Virus record (IMG/VR): IMGVR_UViG_3300048918_000104
Span: 1 to 59,371 of that record
Length of the DNA stretch: 59,371 nucleotides
Source: a virus
Direction: 5' to 3' (one strand)
The position numbers and the translations under genes are program-made. Within the stretch, counting starts at the first letter, position 1, and each line of letters begins with the position of its first letter. Positions 35,855 to 44,398 of the stretch are shown here, piece after piece. The notes beneath the pieces were generated by a model. It searched no databases, had not been told where the DNA came from, and was given only the letters and a program-made list of their open reading frames with translations.

Positions 35855-36162
35855 CGATGATGATTGAGCGTGTGCGCAGCTTCAGGCTGGGCTGGCGGAT
35901 CGGTCTTGCGGATAACTGGAAGCGCCTTCACACGCGCGGAGTAGTCGTATTCTCGGGGGCGATGTCTATGATCTCGCTCTTCGGGCCGGAACTCCGCGAG
36001 GCGTGGGCGAGCATGCCGGATGATCTGAAGCAGATCGTTCCGGCGTCCGGCCAGAAGGCAATTGCGTACGCCATCCTCTTCTGTACGCTTATTGCTATTC
36101 GCTACACGGCTATCAAGCGTACGGAAAAGCCGGAGAGCAGCGATGCCGCGAATCACTCCTGA
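35836..36162 (+). CDS. Two-TM membrane protein, holin candidate
   Basis: 108 aa; TM segments VVVFSGAMSMISLFG and AIAYAILFCTLIAI; overlaps the endolysin start. Confidence 0.55.
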   Translation: MDSKQLTMMIERVRSFRLGWRIGLADNWKRLHTRGVVVFSGAMSMISLFGPELREAWASMPDDLKQIVPASGQKAIAYAILFCTLIAIRYTAIKRTEKPESSDAANHS

Positions 36163-36673
36163 CGCAGCGCCGGGCGGCCTGCAGATGTGCGCCTTCCTCG
36201 ATACGATTGCGATCTCGGAAGGTACTTCCAACAGCATCATCACGCAGGACGATGGATACGACATCATCGTCAGCAGCATCGGCCCGGATGGCCGCTTGCA
36301 GCGTAACCGCTTCGGAGACTACAGCGACCATCCGTTCATGCCGCAGTTCGGCCGCAAGTCGCTGGTAATCAACAGCAAGGGCCTCACGTCGAATGCGAGT
36401 GGTCGGTATCAGATCATGCTGAAGGACTGGCCGCACTACAAGACGATGCTCAAGCTGCCGGACTTCAGTCCGCTCTCGCAGGACCTGTATTGCATCCAGA
36501 TCATCAAGGAGCGCGGAGCGATCCCGCTTCTTATAGCTAGAGACTTCGAGGGTGCAGTGATGAAGTGCGGCAACCTGTGGGCATCTTTCCCGAACAACAA
36601 CTACGGCCAGTTTCAGCACTCAATGGATACGCTGCGGGCCGCGTTCTTACTCAATGGAGGGTTCATCAAATGA
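36143..36673 (+). CDS. Endolysin, lambda R-type lytic transglycosylase (GH104)
   Basis: FLDTIAISEGT..GYDIIV..YSDHP..GRYQ..DFSP.SQD..IKERGA..LWASFP..YGQF parallels lambda R almost motif by motif; ATG 36143 with GGAG RBS. Confidence 0.9.
   Translation: MPRITPDAAPGGLQMCAFLDTIAISEGTSNSIITQDDGYDIIVSSIGPDGRLQRNRFGDYSDHPFMPQFGRKSLVINSKGLTSNASGRYQIMLKDWPHYKTMLKLPDFSPLSQDLYCIQIIKERGAIPLLIARDFEGAVMKCGNLWASFPNNNYGQFQHSMDTLRAAFLLNGGFIK
36217..36229. repeat. Palindrome, exact copy
   Basis: GGAAGGTACTTCC inside the endolysin CDS, over the S-E-G-T catalytic codons (could be partly coincidental). Confidence 0.7.
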
Positions 36674-37086
36674 CTCTTATCGTCGCACTGCTCGCTAAGG
36701 CGTGGCCTGCAATTCTCGGCGGCGTAATCGCCCTCGGCTCGGCAATCGCCATGTTCGTGAACAAGAAGAACGCCGACGCGAAGGTAGCGCAGGCCGGACA
36801 GAAGACCGAGGCGGCAAGAGCAGATGCTGCGCAAGCTCAGGCTTCGGCATCAGCCACAAACGAGGTCGCGGCAAAGGCGGATCAGGCTGCTGCCGAACAA
36901 GCTCTCAACTCAGCAAAGGAGTCGCAAAATGTTGAAAAGGAATGGCAAGGTCTTCCTCCTGGCGAAGCTGTGCATCGTCTGTACAGCGATGGCTGGGTGC
37001 GCAACGACGACGGCTCCGTCGCCAGTAGCCCAGCAGTGCCCGCCGCCACCGCAGCCGGAAGCGGTGGTGCGAACGAAGGTCATTGA
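36670..37086 (+). CDS. i-spanin (Rz-like)
   Basis: N-terminal TM LIVALLAKAWPAILGGVIALGSAIAMFV then Ala/Gln-rich periplasmic helix; ATGA-coupled to the endolysin. Confidence 0.75.
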   Translation: MTLIVALLAKAWPAILGGVIALGSAIAMFVNKKNADAKVAQAGQKTEAARADAAQAQASASATNEVAAKADQAAAEQALNSAKESQNVEKEWQGLPPGEAVHRLYSDGWVRNDDGSVASSPAVPAATAAGSGGANEGH

Positions 37087-37222
37087 TACGTTCTGCGACG
37101 ATGAGTCGCCGATCATCCTAAGCACGCGCGATGTGCTGACGGAAGGGTCGGCGAAGCAGATCGGAGCGCACAACGACAAGGGCGTAAAGAAGTGCGGCTG
37201 GAGAAGCGGCGCTTCGAAGTAA
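36929..37222 (+). CDS. o-spanin (Rz1-like lipoprotein), partly overlapping the i-spanin in another frame
   Basis: AGGAG RBS; signal peptide ending TAMAGC lipobox; Pro-rich mature N-terminus. Confidence 0.75.
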   Translation: MLKRNGKVFLLAKLCIVCTAMAGCATTTAPSPVAQQCPPPPQPEAVVRTKVIDTFCDDESPIILSTRDVLTEGSAKQIGAHNDKGVKKCGWRSGASK

Positions 37223-37227
37223 CTTCC
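37215..37227. repeat. Palindrome, one mismatch
   Basis: CGAAGTAACTTCC; centre TAA is the o-spanin stop; 14 nt before the tail-fibre ATG. Confidence 0.75.
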
Positions 37228-37241
37228 AACGAGAAACCGAC

Positions 37242-39599
37242 ATGACAGATTTCGTGACACTACCGCTACTGAATCCGAGGGGAGTCTATGACCCGACGAT
37301 CTGGTACGACCCGAACGACCAGATCACATACAACGGCGTGCCGTACTTCTGTCGTGTCGGGATCATCAACGGCCAGCCGGTCACGCCGGGCAGCGACCCG
37401 ACCGTGTGGCAGCTTCTGACGGAGCCCGGAGAGCCGGGCCAGAAGGGCGAACAAGGCGAGCCGGGCATCCAAGGGCCTCCTGGCCGACAGGGCATCTCCG
37501 GTGCTTCCGGAGCAGGCTATCGACTGCGCGGCCAGTGGGACCCGGCAACGGCGTACAGCGCGGCTGACAGCGTGACGTACACCAACTCAAGCGGGACTTA
37601 CTCGGTCGTCTGGTTCGCCATAAAGGACAACACCAATGTCGTTCCGGGGAGCGACAACACGGTATGGTCGGCGGGCATCAAGGGCGATACCGGTGACGTG
37701 ACTCCGGCCGCACAGGCAGCGGCTGACTCGGCCACTGCGTCGAAGAACGCAGCGGCCACTAGCGCGACTAACGCATCAACTAGCGCAACGAACGCCGCCA
37801 ATAGCGCCACGGCGGCCAACACGTCGAAGAACGCAGCAGCTACGAGCGCGACCAACGCAGCAACCAGCGAGACAAACGCCGCGAACAGCGCTGCTGCGGC
37901 CAACACGTCGAAGAACGCAGCGGCGACCAGCGCGACCAACGCAGCAACCAGCGAGACGAACGCCGCCAACAGCGCCGGGTCGGCCACTGCGTCGAAGAAC
38001 GCAGCAGCTACGAGCGAGACGAATGCAGCAAACAGCGCTGCAGCGGCAGCAGCGAGCGCGGCCTCCATCGCAAACCCTCTCCCGGTAGGCAGCGGCGGTA
38101 CGGGATCGCAGACCGCAGGCGGCGCTCGAACCAACCTCGGCGTTCCGGCGCTGGCGAGCGATAACACGCTTACCGGCGTGCAGAACCTCAACGGCCCGGT
38201 TACAGGCGCAGGCGGAGCCATCAACGGCGCAGGAAACATCGGTACGGGAACACCGGCAATCTTCAGGACCGCTGCAACGACCGTGGCGAGCAGTAACGTC
38301 ACTACGCTATACCACTTCTCGGCTACGCAGAACGGCCTTGCGTCCGGCGCTGTGGTTACGACGCAGTATGGCTTCTACGCAGGCGGCTCGCTGACAGGCG
38401 CGACTAACAACATGGGGTTCGTCGGCAACCTACCGGCAGCGGCGGGGAACTGGAATCTGTACATGATGGGTGCGGCAAAGAACTACCTTGCTGGGAGCCT
38501 GCTCATCGGTAGTAACGTCGATAACGGCTCGGCGTTGCAGGTCACAGGGGCTTCTACGTTCTCGGCTCGGCCGACGTTCGCAGGTAACGCACCGTGGGAC
38601 GCAGGCAACCTTAACCCGGCGAACTATCTTCCGCTTACGGGCGGAACGATGTCCGGCGCGATTATCTGTGCTGGCGTTACGGTAGCAGGCACCGGAACCG
38701 TGTCGCCGGGTTTAACGATGTCCGCGAATTCCGGAAGCTATAAGTCGTACTTCCGCTCGAACAACACCAACGTATCGACCGAGCTAATCAACAACGGTAA
38801 CAACGGTATCAACCTCGCAGTTACCGACTTCGGCGACATGAGCGTTAAGCGCAGCATGGCAGTAGGCAACACCGAGAATATCAACAAAATCGCAGTGAAC
38901 TTCTACGGACCGGGGTACGGTACGGGCATCTCGATGAGGGCTCAGGTAGATGCTGCAACGGCGGTACTGTTCTCGAACGCTGCGGCATCTACGGTCGGGT
39001 CGATCACGACCACGGCCTCGGCCACTGCGTTCAACACGTCGTCTGACTATCGGATCAAGTCGGACTACAAACTTATCACCGGGGCGCTCGACTCGATCAA
39101 CCGAATCAAGGTCTATCGAGGGAAGATTCACGACGACGACGGCCTTGAATACGTGATCGCACACGAACTGCAAGAAGAGATGCCGTTCGCTGTGACTGGC
39201 GAGAAGGACGCGCTGGGCGACTGGCATCCGGTGTACCGCGATGGCTACGACCCGAGCCCGAAGCTGGTTCAGGTCGAGGTCCCGGTTCAGGTCGAGGTCC
39301 CGGTTCAGGTCGAGGTCCCTGTCGTCGGTGAAGACGGCACGATTGAACTGAATGAAGATGGATCGCAAAAGACTGTAACCGAGACACGTACAGAAGTGCA
39401 GACGCAAACCGTCGTCGAGCTTCGCACGGTTCTGGCCGATCCGCAGCCGGGCGACATCGTAGACGCAGTGCAGGAGATGATTCTGCAGACGGTGGATTAC
39501 TCGAAGCTGGTCCCGCGCATGGTCGCGGCGATGCAGGAGATGTCCGGAATGATCGCCGACCTGAAGGCCGAAGTCGAAGCGCTGAAGGCGGCAAAGTAA
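37242..39599 (+). CDS. Tail fibre with collagen-like repeats and C-terminal S74 intramolecular chaperone domain
   Basis: GEPGQKGEQGEPGIQGPPGRQGISGASG G-X-Y run; 28-aa tandem repeats; SSDYRIKSDYKLI..IAHELQEEMPFAV plus terminal coiled coil typical of peptidase S74. Confidence 0.85.
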   Translation: MTDFVTLPLLNPRGVYDPTIWYDPNDQITYNGVPYFCRVGIINGQPVTPGSDPTVWQLLTEPGEPGQKGEQGEPGIQGPPGRQGISGASGAGYRLRGQWDPATAYSAADSVTYTNSSGTYSVVWFAIKDNTNVVPGSDNTVWSAGIKGDTGDVTPAAQAAADSATASKNAAATSATNASTSATNAANSATAANTSKNAAATSATNAATSETNAANSAAAANTSKNAAATSATNAATSETNAANSAGSATASKNAAATSETNAANSAAAAAASAASIANPLPVGSGGTGSQTAGGARTNLGVPALASDNTLTGVQNLNGPVTGAGGAINGAGNIGTGTPAIFRTAATTVASSNVTTLYHFSATQNGLASGAVVTTQYGFYAGGSLTGATNNMGFVGNLPAAAGNWNLYMMGAAKNYLAGSLLIGSNVDNGSALQVTGASTFSARPTFAGNAPWDAGNLNPANYLPLTGGTMSGAIICAGVTVAGTGTVSPGLTMSANSGSYKSYFRSNNTNVSTELINNGNNGINLAVTDFGDMSVKRSMAVGNTENINKIAVNFYGPGYGTGISMRAQVDAATAVLFSNAAASTVGSITTTASATAFNTSSDYRIKSDYKLITGALDSINRIKVYRGKIHDDDGLEYVIAHELQEEMPFAVTGEKDALGDWHPVYRDGYDPSPKLVQVEVPVQVEVPVQVEVPVVGEDGTIELNEDGSQKTVTETRTEVQTQTVVELRTVLADPQPGDIVDAVQEMILQTVDYSKLVPRMVAAMQEMSGMIADLKAEVEALKAAK
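37740..38060 (+). repeat. 84-nt tandem repeat, about 3.8 copies (28-aa SKNAAATSATNA.. units)
   Basis: TCGAAGAACGCAGC units start at 37740, 37824, 37908, 37992. Confidence 0.85.
39267..39320 (+). repeat. 18-nt tandem repeat x3 (VQVEVP units)
   Basis: GTTCAGGTCGAGGTCCCG repeated three times head to tail. Confidence 0.9.
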
Positions 39600-39623
39600 A
39601 GAGTTGCCATGTAGGTGAGAGTT

Positions 39624-39656
39624 GAGGGGCGGCGCAGTATCGGCCGCCCTCTTTTT
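39624..39656 (+). terminator. Rho-independent terminator between the convergent late and early-left arms
   Basis: GAGGGGCGGC ... GCCGCCCTC stem followed by TTTTT. Confidence 0.75.
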
Positions 39657-39657
39657 A

Positions 39658-40095
39658 TTACAGGCCGCAGAACTCTATCTCAGCCTCGATGCAGGCAATC
39701 TGCACCTTACGCAGTTCGAACGATCCGTACTTCGCCTCGATCCAGCCAGCATCTACCTCATCAAGCTCCATGAAGAAGCTCTCAGGCGTCTCGTCGATGC
39801 GGGACTCCATCATGGCAATCGGCGAGTCGCTCGGGTCATGATTGAAGTAGCGCATCGCCGGTAGGTGAGCGGGGTTGAGCGGCAGGACCTGACGCGGCTT
39901 GATGCCCATGTCGAGTTGCCGGGCCGCCTCGGTGCAAGCTGCTCGCCACACGTTCATCGGCCAGTAGCGTTCGAGCGTCGTGCCGAGCTTCGCAAGGTCA
40001 ACGCCTTTCCCCACGTCGCCGGACAGCAGGATCATCGCGTCAGCCAGGGCGCGGGCGTTGACCGCGAGCGGCGCGTCAGATGATGTCGTCGCCAT
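39658..40095 (-). CDS. Hypothetical protein (last gene of early-left operon)
   Basis: 145 aa ORF, overlaps upstream gene by 20 nt. Confidence 0.6.
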   Translation of the reverse strand: MATTSSDAPLAVNARALADAMILLSGDVGKGVDLAKLGTTLERYWPMNVWRAACTEAARQLDMGIKPRQVLPLNPAHLPAMRYFNHDPSDSPIAMMESRIDETPESFFMELDEVDAGWIEAKYGSFELRKVQIACIEAEIEFCGL

Positions 40096-40783
40096 CGACC
40101 TGCTCCGCTTTCACGTCGAGGCACTTGTTGGTAGCTTCGCGGACCGCCAGATCGGCGTCCAGCAGCTTTATGAACGCTGTGGCACGCTTAGACCCATCCG
40201 ACACGTAACGAAGGTCTTGCAGGCTCTGTACGCCCGCACCAACAGCAAGCATATGCTTCGTCCGGACGGTCCCGAACATCTCCTTGTACTGGATCGCACG
40301 AACTTTAAGTTGGTGATACCAGTCGGGGCCGGGAGACTCGTCGAACGGGTCGATGATTTTACGGACCGTGTCGGGGCTCGCACCGTACGCCTGCATGAGT
40401 GACTCCCGAGCGCCCTTGAACGACGTGCCGGTAGCTTCCTCGGCCGCTGAAGGGCAGGGCGGCGAAGCCGGAGCGATTTTGTCCGGGGTGATGCGTCCGC
40501 GCATGATGGCGGCGTATTCGTCCTTTGGGATCGCAAGCGTCATCGAGACTTTCGGGCGTGGCTGCAGAGTCTGGCCGCTCCCTATTGCGGTGAACGAACC
40601 GTCGTTACCGACGATTGCGAGGGCGATTTCGCGACCGACCTTCTGCTCGACGTAATCGACGAGGACCGCCTTCGCGTCGAGCGGCGAGAGACGGAACGCG
40701 TCGGGGCTGTCGTACTTGCGAACTTCGACGACCTCGATGCGGCGGCTGAAACGTTTCTTCTCTTTAGAGGGATTGGAGTTCAT
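40076..40783 (-). CDS. Hypothetical protein
   Basis: 235-aa ORF in operon orientation. Confidence 0.6.
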   Translation of the reverse strand: MNSNPSKEKKRFSRRIEVVEVRKYDSPDAFRLSPLDAKAVLVDYVEQKVGREIALAIVGNDGSFTAIGSGQTLQPRPKVSMTLAIPKDEYAAIMRGRITPDKIAPASPPCPSAAEEATGTSFKGARESLMQAYGASPDTVRKIIDPFDESPGPDWYHQLKVRAIQYKEMFGTVRTKHMLAVGAGVQSLQDLRYVSDGSKRATAFIKLLDADLAVREATNKCLDVKAEQVDGDDII

Positions 40784-41306
40784 GGATGCTATGGTCCTTA
40801 ATGACTTCGAAAGGGATCGGACTGAGGTCGCCCCGGAGGTACAGCGGGTGAGCGGGGGAGCCGTCCAGATTCAGTTGTATGGCGTGAAGAGGTCTTCCCA
40901 TCCACTCGGCCGCCAGGCTGATCTTGCGCACGCGGTCTTCCAGAATCGGCTTCACCTTACCCCACGCAGCGACTACGAGCGCCGTGTCGGGGTGCGCTAT
41001 GGCGTCGAGGACGTGCTTCATGTCGAATCCGGCCGCGATGGGGTCTGAGTGCGTCCGCAAGACATACTCGTACATCTCGGTCGGTCGGTGTGTGCGGAAT
41101 GAGCAGAGGTTCACGATACGCAGGCCGTCGTAGCCCCACGCGCGTGCGAAGGCGATGCAGCGCTTTATGGTCGCATCGTCGATCTTCGCGTCACCCCATG
41201 AAGGGTTGAGCATGATGAAGACGACGATGCGACAACCGATGTCCCACTCGCGGCGCAGCCAGTATCGCAGCGAGCCGTCAGGACTCAAGCGGGCATCGCG
41301 CAGCAT
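40764..41306 (-). CDS. DUF1643-family protein
   Basis: RYWLRREW..VVFIMLNPSWGD..DDATIKRCIAFA..IVNLCSFR..VVAAWG..GSPAHPLYL follows the DUF1643 signature. Confidence 0.7.
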   Translation of the reverse strand: MLRDARLSPDGSLRYWLRREWDIGCRIVVFIMLNPSWGDAKIDDATIKRCIAFARAWGYDGLRIVNLCSFRTHRPTEMYEYVLRTHSDPIAAGFDMKHVLDAIAHPDTALVVAAWGKVKPILEDRVRKISLAAEWMGRPLHAIQLNLDGSPAHPLYLRGDLSPIPFEVIKDHSIHELQSL

Positions 41307-42373
41307 TACAGATCGGCCGCTTGTGCTTCGAGTAGCTTGTCGGCGTGATCCTTCACCGCCGCATCGCAGGCGTCGGCCGCCGTGTCGCCAGTGCCTTGCG
41401 CGAGCGTCTCTGCGTCAGGGTTCTCGTCGCGCGAGGCCGACAGGATCGTCGCCGCGTAGCCCACACCGGCCGCGTACGCGATCTCCATGTACGGCTTGTA
41501 CGCGTCCTCGGCGTCAATCGCGGCCTGAAGCACCGTATCGAAGAGCGCGATGAAGTCGTTCACGGCGGTCGGAGACACGGACTCACCGCCGCCAGCGCTC
41601 TTGCGCTTCGCCTTCTTCTTCGCCACGACCTTACCGAGCGTCTTCGCCGTAACCTTTCGTCGGCCGTCGCCGGTCGGCGAGACCGCCTTCTGTGCCTTGA
41701 GGAAGCGCTTCTCGACATCCTCCGGCGTGTAGTTGCGCAGTTCGTCGATGACCGTCGTCGACGAGATTTCACCGTCGATCATGGCGTTCCGGATGACCTC
41801 GGTCGCGTTCGACAGAAGGATCAGGTCATCGATCCATCGACGCGTGCTGCCGAGCACTTTGGCGATGTCCTTGACGTGCATGCCGTCGTTCTGCAGGCGT
41901 CGCACGACGATGGATGCTTCGAGAGGCGAGGGCGGCTCACCACTGTTATCGAGCATGAGCCCGGCCGTCAGGTCGCGGAAGTTGATGTTGGTCTTGAACT
42001 CGACCGGGATGCCGTTGATCTTCGACTTGCCGGTGAGCTTCTTGTTGGCGACCTTCACAGCCTCGGTACGGTGATGGCCGTCATGGACGGCGACGCATGG
42101 CTTGCCGTCGATCTTGAGCGGCAGCACAGCGATAGGCTTCGTCGGATCGTAGCCGTGATTGACGATCTGCTCTTCGAGGAACTTCACGCGAGCCGCGTAG
42201 TTCTTCGAGTGGACGCGCATGTTGTAGCCCGGCAGGATCACGAGATTTTCGGGCGGTACGAAGTTGTGGCCGCGATCATCGGTGAACGCGCCGGCCGCTG
42301 CCAGCGCCTCGTCGATGCCGCACTCTTCAAGGACGAAGCTCACTTCGCTCGGGGGGATGTACGTCTTTGCCAT
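41306..42373 (-). CDS. ParB/Srx-fold DNA-binding protein (ParB/KorB-like; no ParA partner present)
   Basis: N-terminal ParB-type domain with VAVHDGHHRTEA, then HTH-like PLEASIVVRRLQNDGMHVKDIAKVLGSTRRWIDDLILLSN, Lys-rich linker, helical C-terminus; GGAG RBS. Confidence 0.7.
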   Translation of the reverse strand: MAKTYIPPSEVSFVLEECGIDEALAAAGAFTDDRGHNFVPPENLVILPGYNMRVHSKNYAARVKFLEEQIVNHGYDPTKPIAVLPLKIDGKPCVAVHDGHHRTEAVKVANKKLTGKSKINGIPVEFKTNINFRDLTAGLMLDNSGEPPSPLEASIVVRRLQNDGMHVKDIAKVLGSTRRWIDDLILLSNATEVIRNAMIDGEISSTTVIDELRNYTPEDVEKRFLKAQKAVSPTGDGRRKVTAKTLGKVVAKKKAKRKSAGGGESVSPTAVNDFIALFDTVLQAAIDAEDAYKPYMEIAYAAGVGYAATILSASRDENPDAETLAQGTGDTAADACDAAVKDHADKLLEAQAADL

Positions 42374-42431
42374 GATTTACTCCAGTCGTTGTAATGGTGG
42401 TGAGTTCGTCATTGTATTTGACGACGACTGA

Positions 42432-42461
42432 AGTATATTTGACAGGTTTAAAGCGTGTCAA
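42432..42461 (-). promoter_or_regulatory. Sigma70-type promoter in front of the ParB-like gene
   Basis: Minus strand TTGACA-CGCTTTAAACCTGTCAAA-TATACT (18-nt spacer). Confidence 0.6.
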
Positions 42462-42470
42462 CAAATCTTG

Positions 42471-42483
42471 AGAAGTTACTTCC
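42471..42483. repeat. Palindrome, one mismatch
   Basis: AGAAGTTACTTCC, 9 nt upstream of the -35 of the ParB-like gene promoter. Confidence 0.75.
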
Positions 42484-42488
42484 AGCTT

Positions 42489-42956
42489 TCAGGGCCGGAG
42501 TGTGCGCAAGACCGCACTTGCATCCCTGATCTGAGCAGGGGAGAGGATGGCTCCGCTCTCGATCATGGCGTAATACGACTGAAGCGTGGCGCTGCGATGC
42601 GAGTTCTCCTGAATGCGCTCGATCAGGATGCGCCGGTCCTTCACAAACTGGCTGTACTCGCGCTTGACTTCTCGCAGCGCTGTCGCAGACAGTGACGATC
42701 TTTTGGCCCGCTTGTTGAGGTACGCCAAACGTTCTTTCGTGTAGACCCGCACGGTGCGCGGGGTCAGTTCGTGGCCGCTGCCGTTGCATCGACGGCACTC
42801 TTCAGTACCGTTCGGCGAGTCCATATAGCCGAGGGTAGAGCAGCGCGGGCAGGGCGGATAGACGGGCACTGATGCTTCGCCCTTCACCGGCTTGAAAGAC
42901 TGCTGACCGGCGACTCCTGTGTACGGCTGTCCATCACGAAAGAACAGTTCGACCAT
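42489..42956 (-). CDS. Hypothetical zinc-finger protein
   Basis: CPRCSTLG..CRRCNGSG (CxxC..CxxCxGxG) motif; 155 aa. Confidence 0.6.
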   Translation of the reverse strand: MVELFFRDGQPYTGVAGQQSFKPVKGEASVPVYPPCPRCSTLGYMDSPNGTEECRRCNGSGHELTPRTVRVYTKERLAYLNKRAKRSSLSATALREVKREYSQFVKDRRILIERIQENSHRSATLQSYYAMIESGAILSPAQIRDASAVLRTLRP

Positions 42957-42959
42957 GGC

Positions 42960-43280
42960 TTACCCCCGAACCTGTTTGAGAGCCTCTTCCATTGCACGGA
43001 GGGCGTCGCTGGCGTTCTTGAACCCCATCGCAACCGCCTTGCGGTTCAGTGCCTCGTAAGCCCCCAGCTTCGATAACGTGTTGTTGCCGATGCCGATCTC
43101 GAAGGGCTTCACAAACGCCGTGCCCTTCAGTTCAGCGATAGGTATCTTCCAGCCGCAGACCCGATAGCCTTCGTCGGGGTGCGGGACGTTGCACTGAGGG
43201 AACGAGTCGAGGCTCGCGATCTCGGTACGGAAGAAGCCGGGCTTACTGAGTGTCCGTCGCTTCAGATGCGGTTTGTTCAT
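42960..43280 (-). CDS. Hypothetical protein
   Basis: 106 aa, ATGA-coupled to upstream gene. Confidence 0.6.
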   Translation of the reverse strand: MNKPHLKRRTLSKPGFFRTEIASLDSFPQCNVPHPDEGYRVCGWKIPIAELKGTAFVKPFEIGIGNNTLSKLGAYEALNRKAVAMGFKNASDALRAMEEALKQVRG

Positions 43281-43975
43281 AGGTCATCCGCAGGGTCGAA
43301 AGTAGGGTTGAGCCACTCCGGCTCGGCGTGCGGCGTGTCGGCAGTGCCCATCATCGGCATCAGCACTGCGAGCATGTTCGGATTGAACGGGAAGAAGATG
43401 ATCGCGGCCTTCTCCTTGTTTATACCGGACTGTGCGCAGTACATGTCGAAGGTCTTCTGTGTCGATTGGCCGGGGTTCGCCATGGCGACGAGTACGCCGA
43501 GGTAGTGTGCGTTCAGCTTGCCCGGCATGCCCGGCCGGAGATCGCTCCAGTTCGGCAGAACGCTGCGCCACTTCGGATAGCTGTCGCCGTGAACGAACTG
43601 GCCCTTGTGCAACTCACTGGAACGCTGCCCGGCCGTCTTGACGCTCATGTGGTCCTCGCCGTTTTCGAGCGACAGCGTACGGCGTCGGATATTGTCGCCA
43701 CGGAGCAGGGCGCGCTCGGCCGCATTCAGACCGAGGCAGAAGGGCGCGCTCGTCGATCCGGACGGGTCGAACTGGATGACCATGATGTTTCCATCACAGC
43801 CGATCATGTAGACCCCGTTCTTCGGATGCGGCTCGATCAGCACGCGGGTCAGGGCGTCGGCGAATTTCGGATGCGGCGGGCTGTCGTCACCGCGAACGAA
43901 ACGGAACGCATGATGGAGGCGCTCGGCGTCGATGCTGAAGGTCAGTTCAGCCATGTCTCGGGTCGTGCGGCTCAT
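43277..43975 (-). CDS. Hypothetical protein, weak sliding-clamp-like segment, C-terminal DPADDL
   Basis: ATG 43975 with AAGGAG 8 nt upstream and ATGA coupling; VLIEPHPKNGVYMIGCDGNIMV loosely recalls the beta-clamp ..l.atDg.r.. segment. Confidence 0.6.
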   Translation of the reverse strand: MSRTTRDMAELTFSIDAERLHHAFRFVRGDDSPPHPKFADALTRVLIEPHPKNGVYMIGCDGNIMVIQFDPSGSTSAPFCLGLNAAERALLRGDNIRRRTLSLENGEDHMSVKTAGQRSSELHKGQFVHGDSYPKWRSVLPNWSDLRPGMPGKLNAHYLGVLVAMANPGQSTQKTFDMYCAQSGINKEKAAIIFFPFNPNMLAVLMPMMGTADTPHAEPEWLNPTFDPADDL

Positions 43976-44394
43976 CGAACGGACTCCTTGATCCACTTCA
44001 CGAGTTGGTCGGCGCTGCCGTGCTGCTTCTTCGGATTGCCCGCGACGCGCCAGCGGTTCTTAGCCGGGAAATATTCGACACGGGGGAGGCCGATGACGCG
44101 GATGATTATCCGGCGGTCGCCCTCTTCCGCGACGTATCGGATTCGATGCTCTTCGAGCGTTGCCAGGCAAAGCTGAACATGCCCTTCTTCCGCGTTATCC
44201 GCCGAGTACGCAGCTACGGCCAGCATCTTGCGCTCGTTGGTCGGCTCGATGGCGTTGAATTTCGACAGTTGATCGATCTGGCGAAACGCCTGCACCAGAT
44301 TAGACGTTTCGTCGATCACCTTCGTGAAGCTGCGCGCTGCTGTCGTGAAACTGGCAGAAGTCGTATCCAGCACTGCGTTGATGTTGCGTTCCAT
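43972..44394 (-). CDS. Hypothetical protein
   Basis: 140-aa ORF in operon orientation. Confidence 0.6.
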   Translation of the reverse strand: MERNINAVLDTTSASFTTAARSFTKVIDETSNLVQAFRQIDQLSKFNAIEPTNERKMLAVAAYSADNAEEGHVQLCLATLEEHRIRYVAEEGDRRIIIRVIGLPRVEYFPAKNRWRVAGNPKKQHGSADQLVKWIKESVR

Positions 44395-44398
44395 GGTG

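Noticed and set aside
36217-36229. Exact palindrome copy inside the endolysin gene as an independent regulatory site
   Set aside because: I kept it in the count, but its significance is doubtful. Eight of its bases encode the conserved catalytic S-E-G-T motif of lambda-R-type transglycosylases, so the match may be partly forced by the protein.
38707-38736. CGGAAG ... CTTCCG inverted repeat with a 13-nt spacer, and other GGAAG/CTTCC pairs with 4-9-nt spacers (21791, 45186, 47230)
   Set aside because: The spacing differs from the 3-nt (or 2-nt) centre of the main family. At this arm length such pairs are expected by chance.
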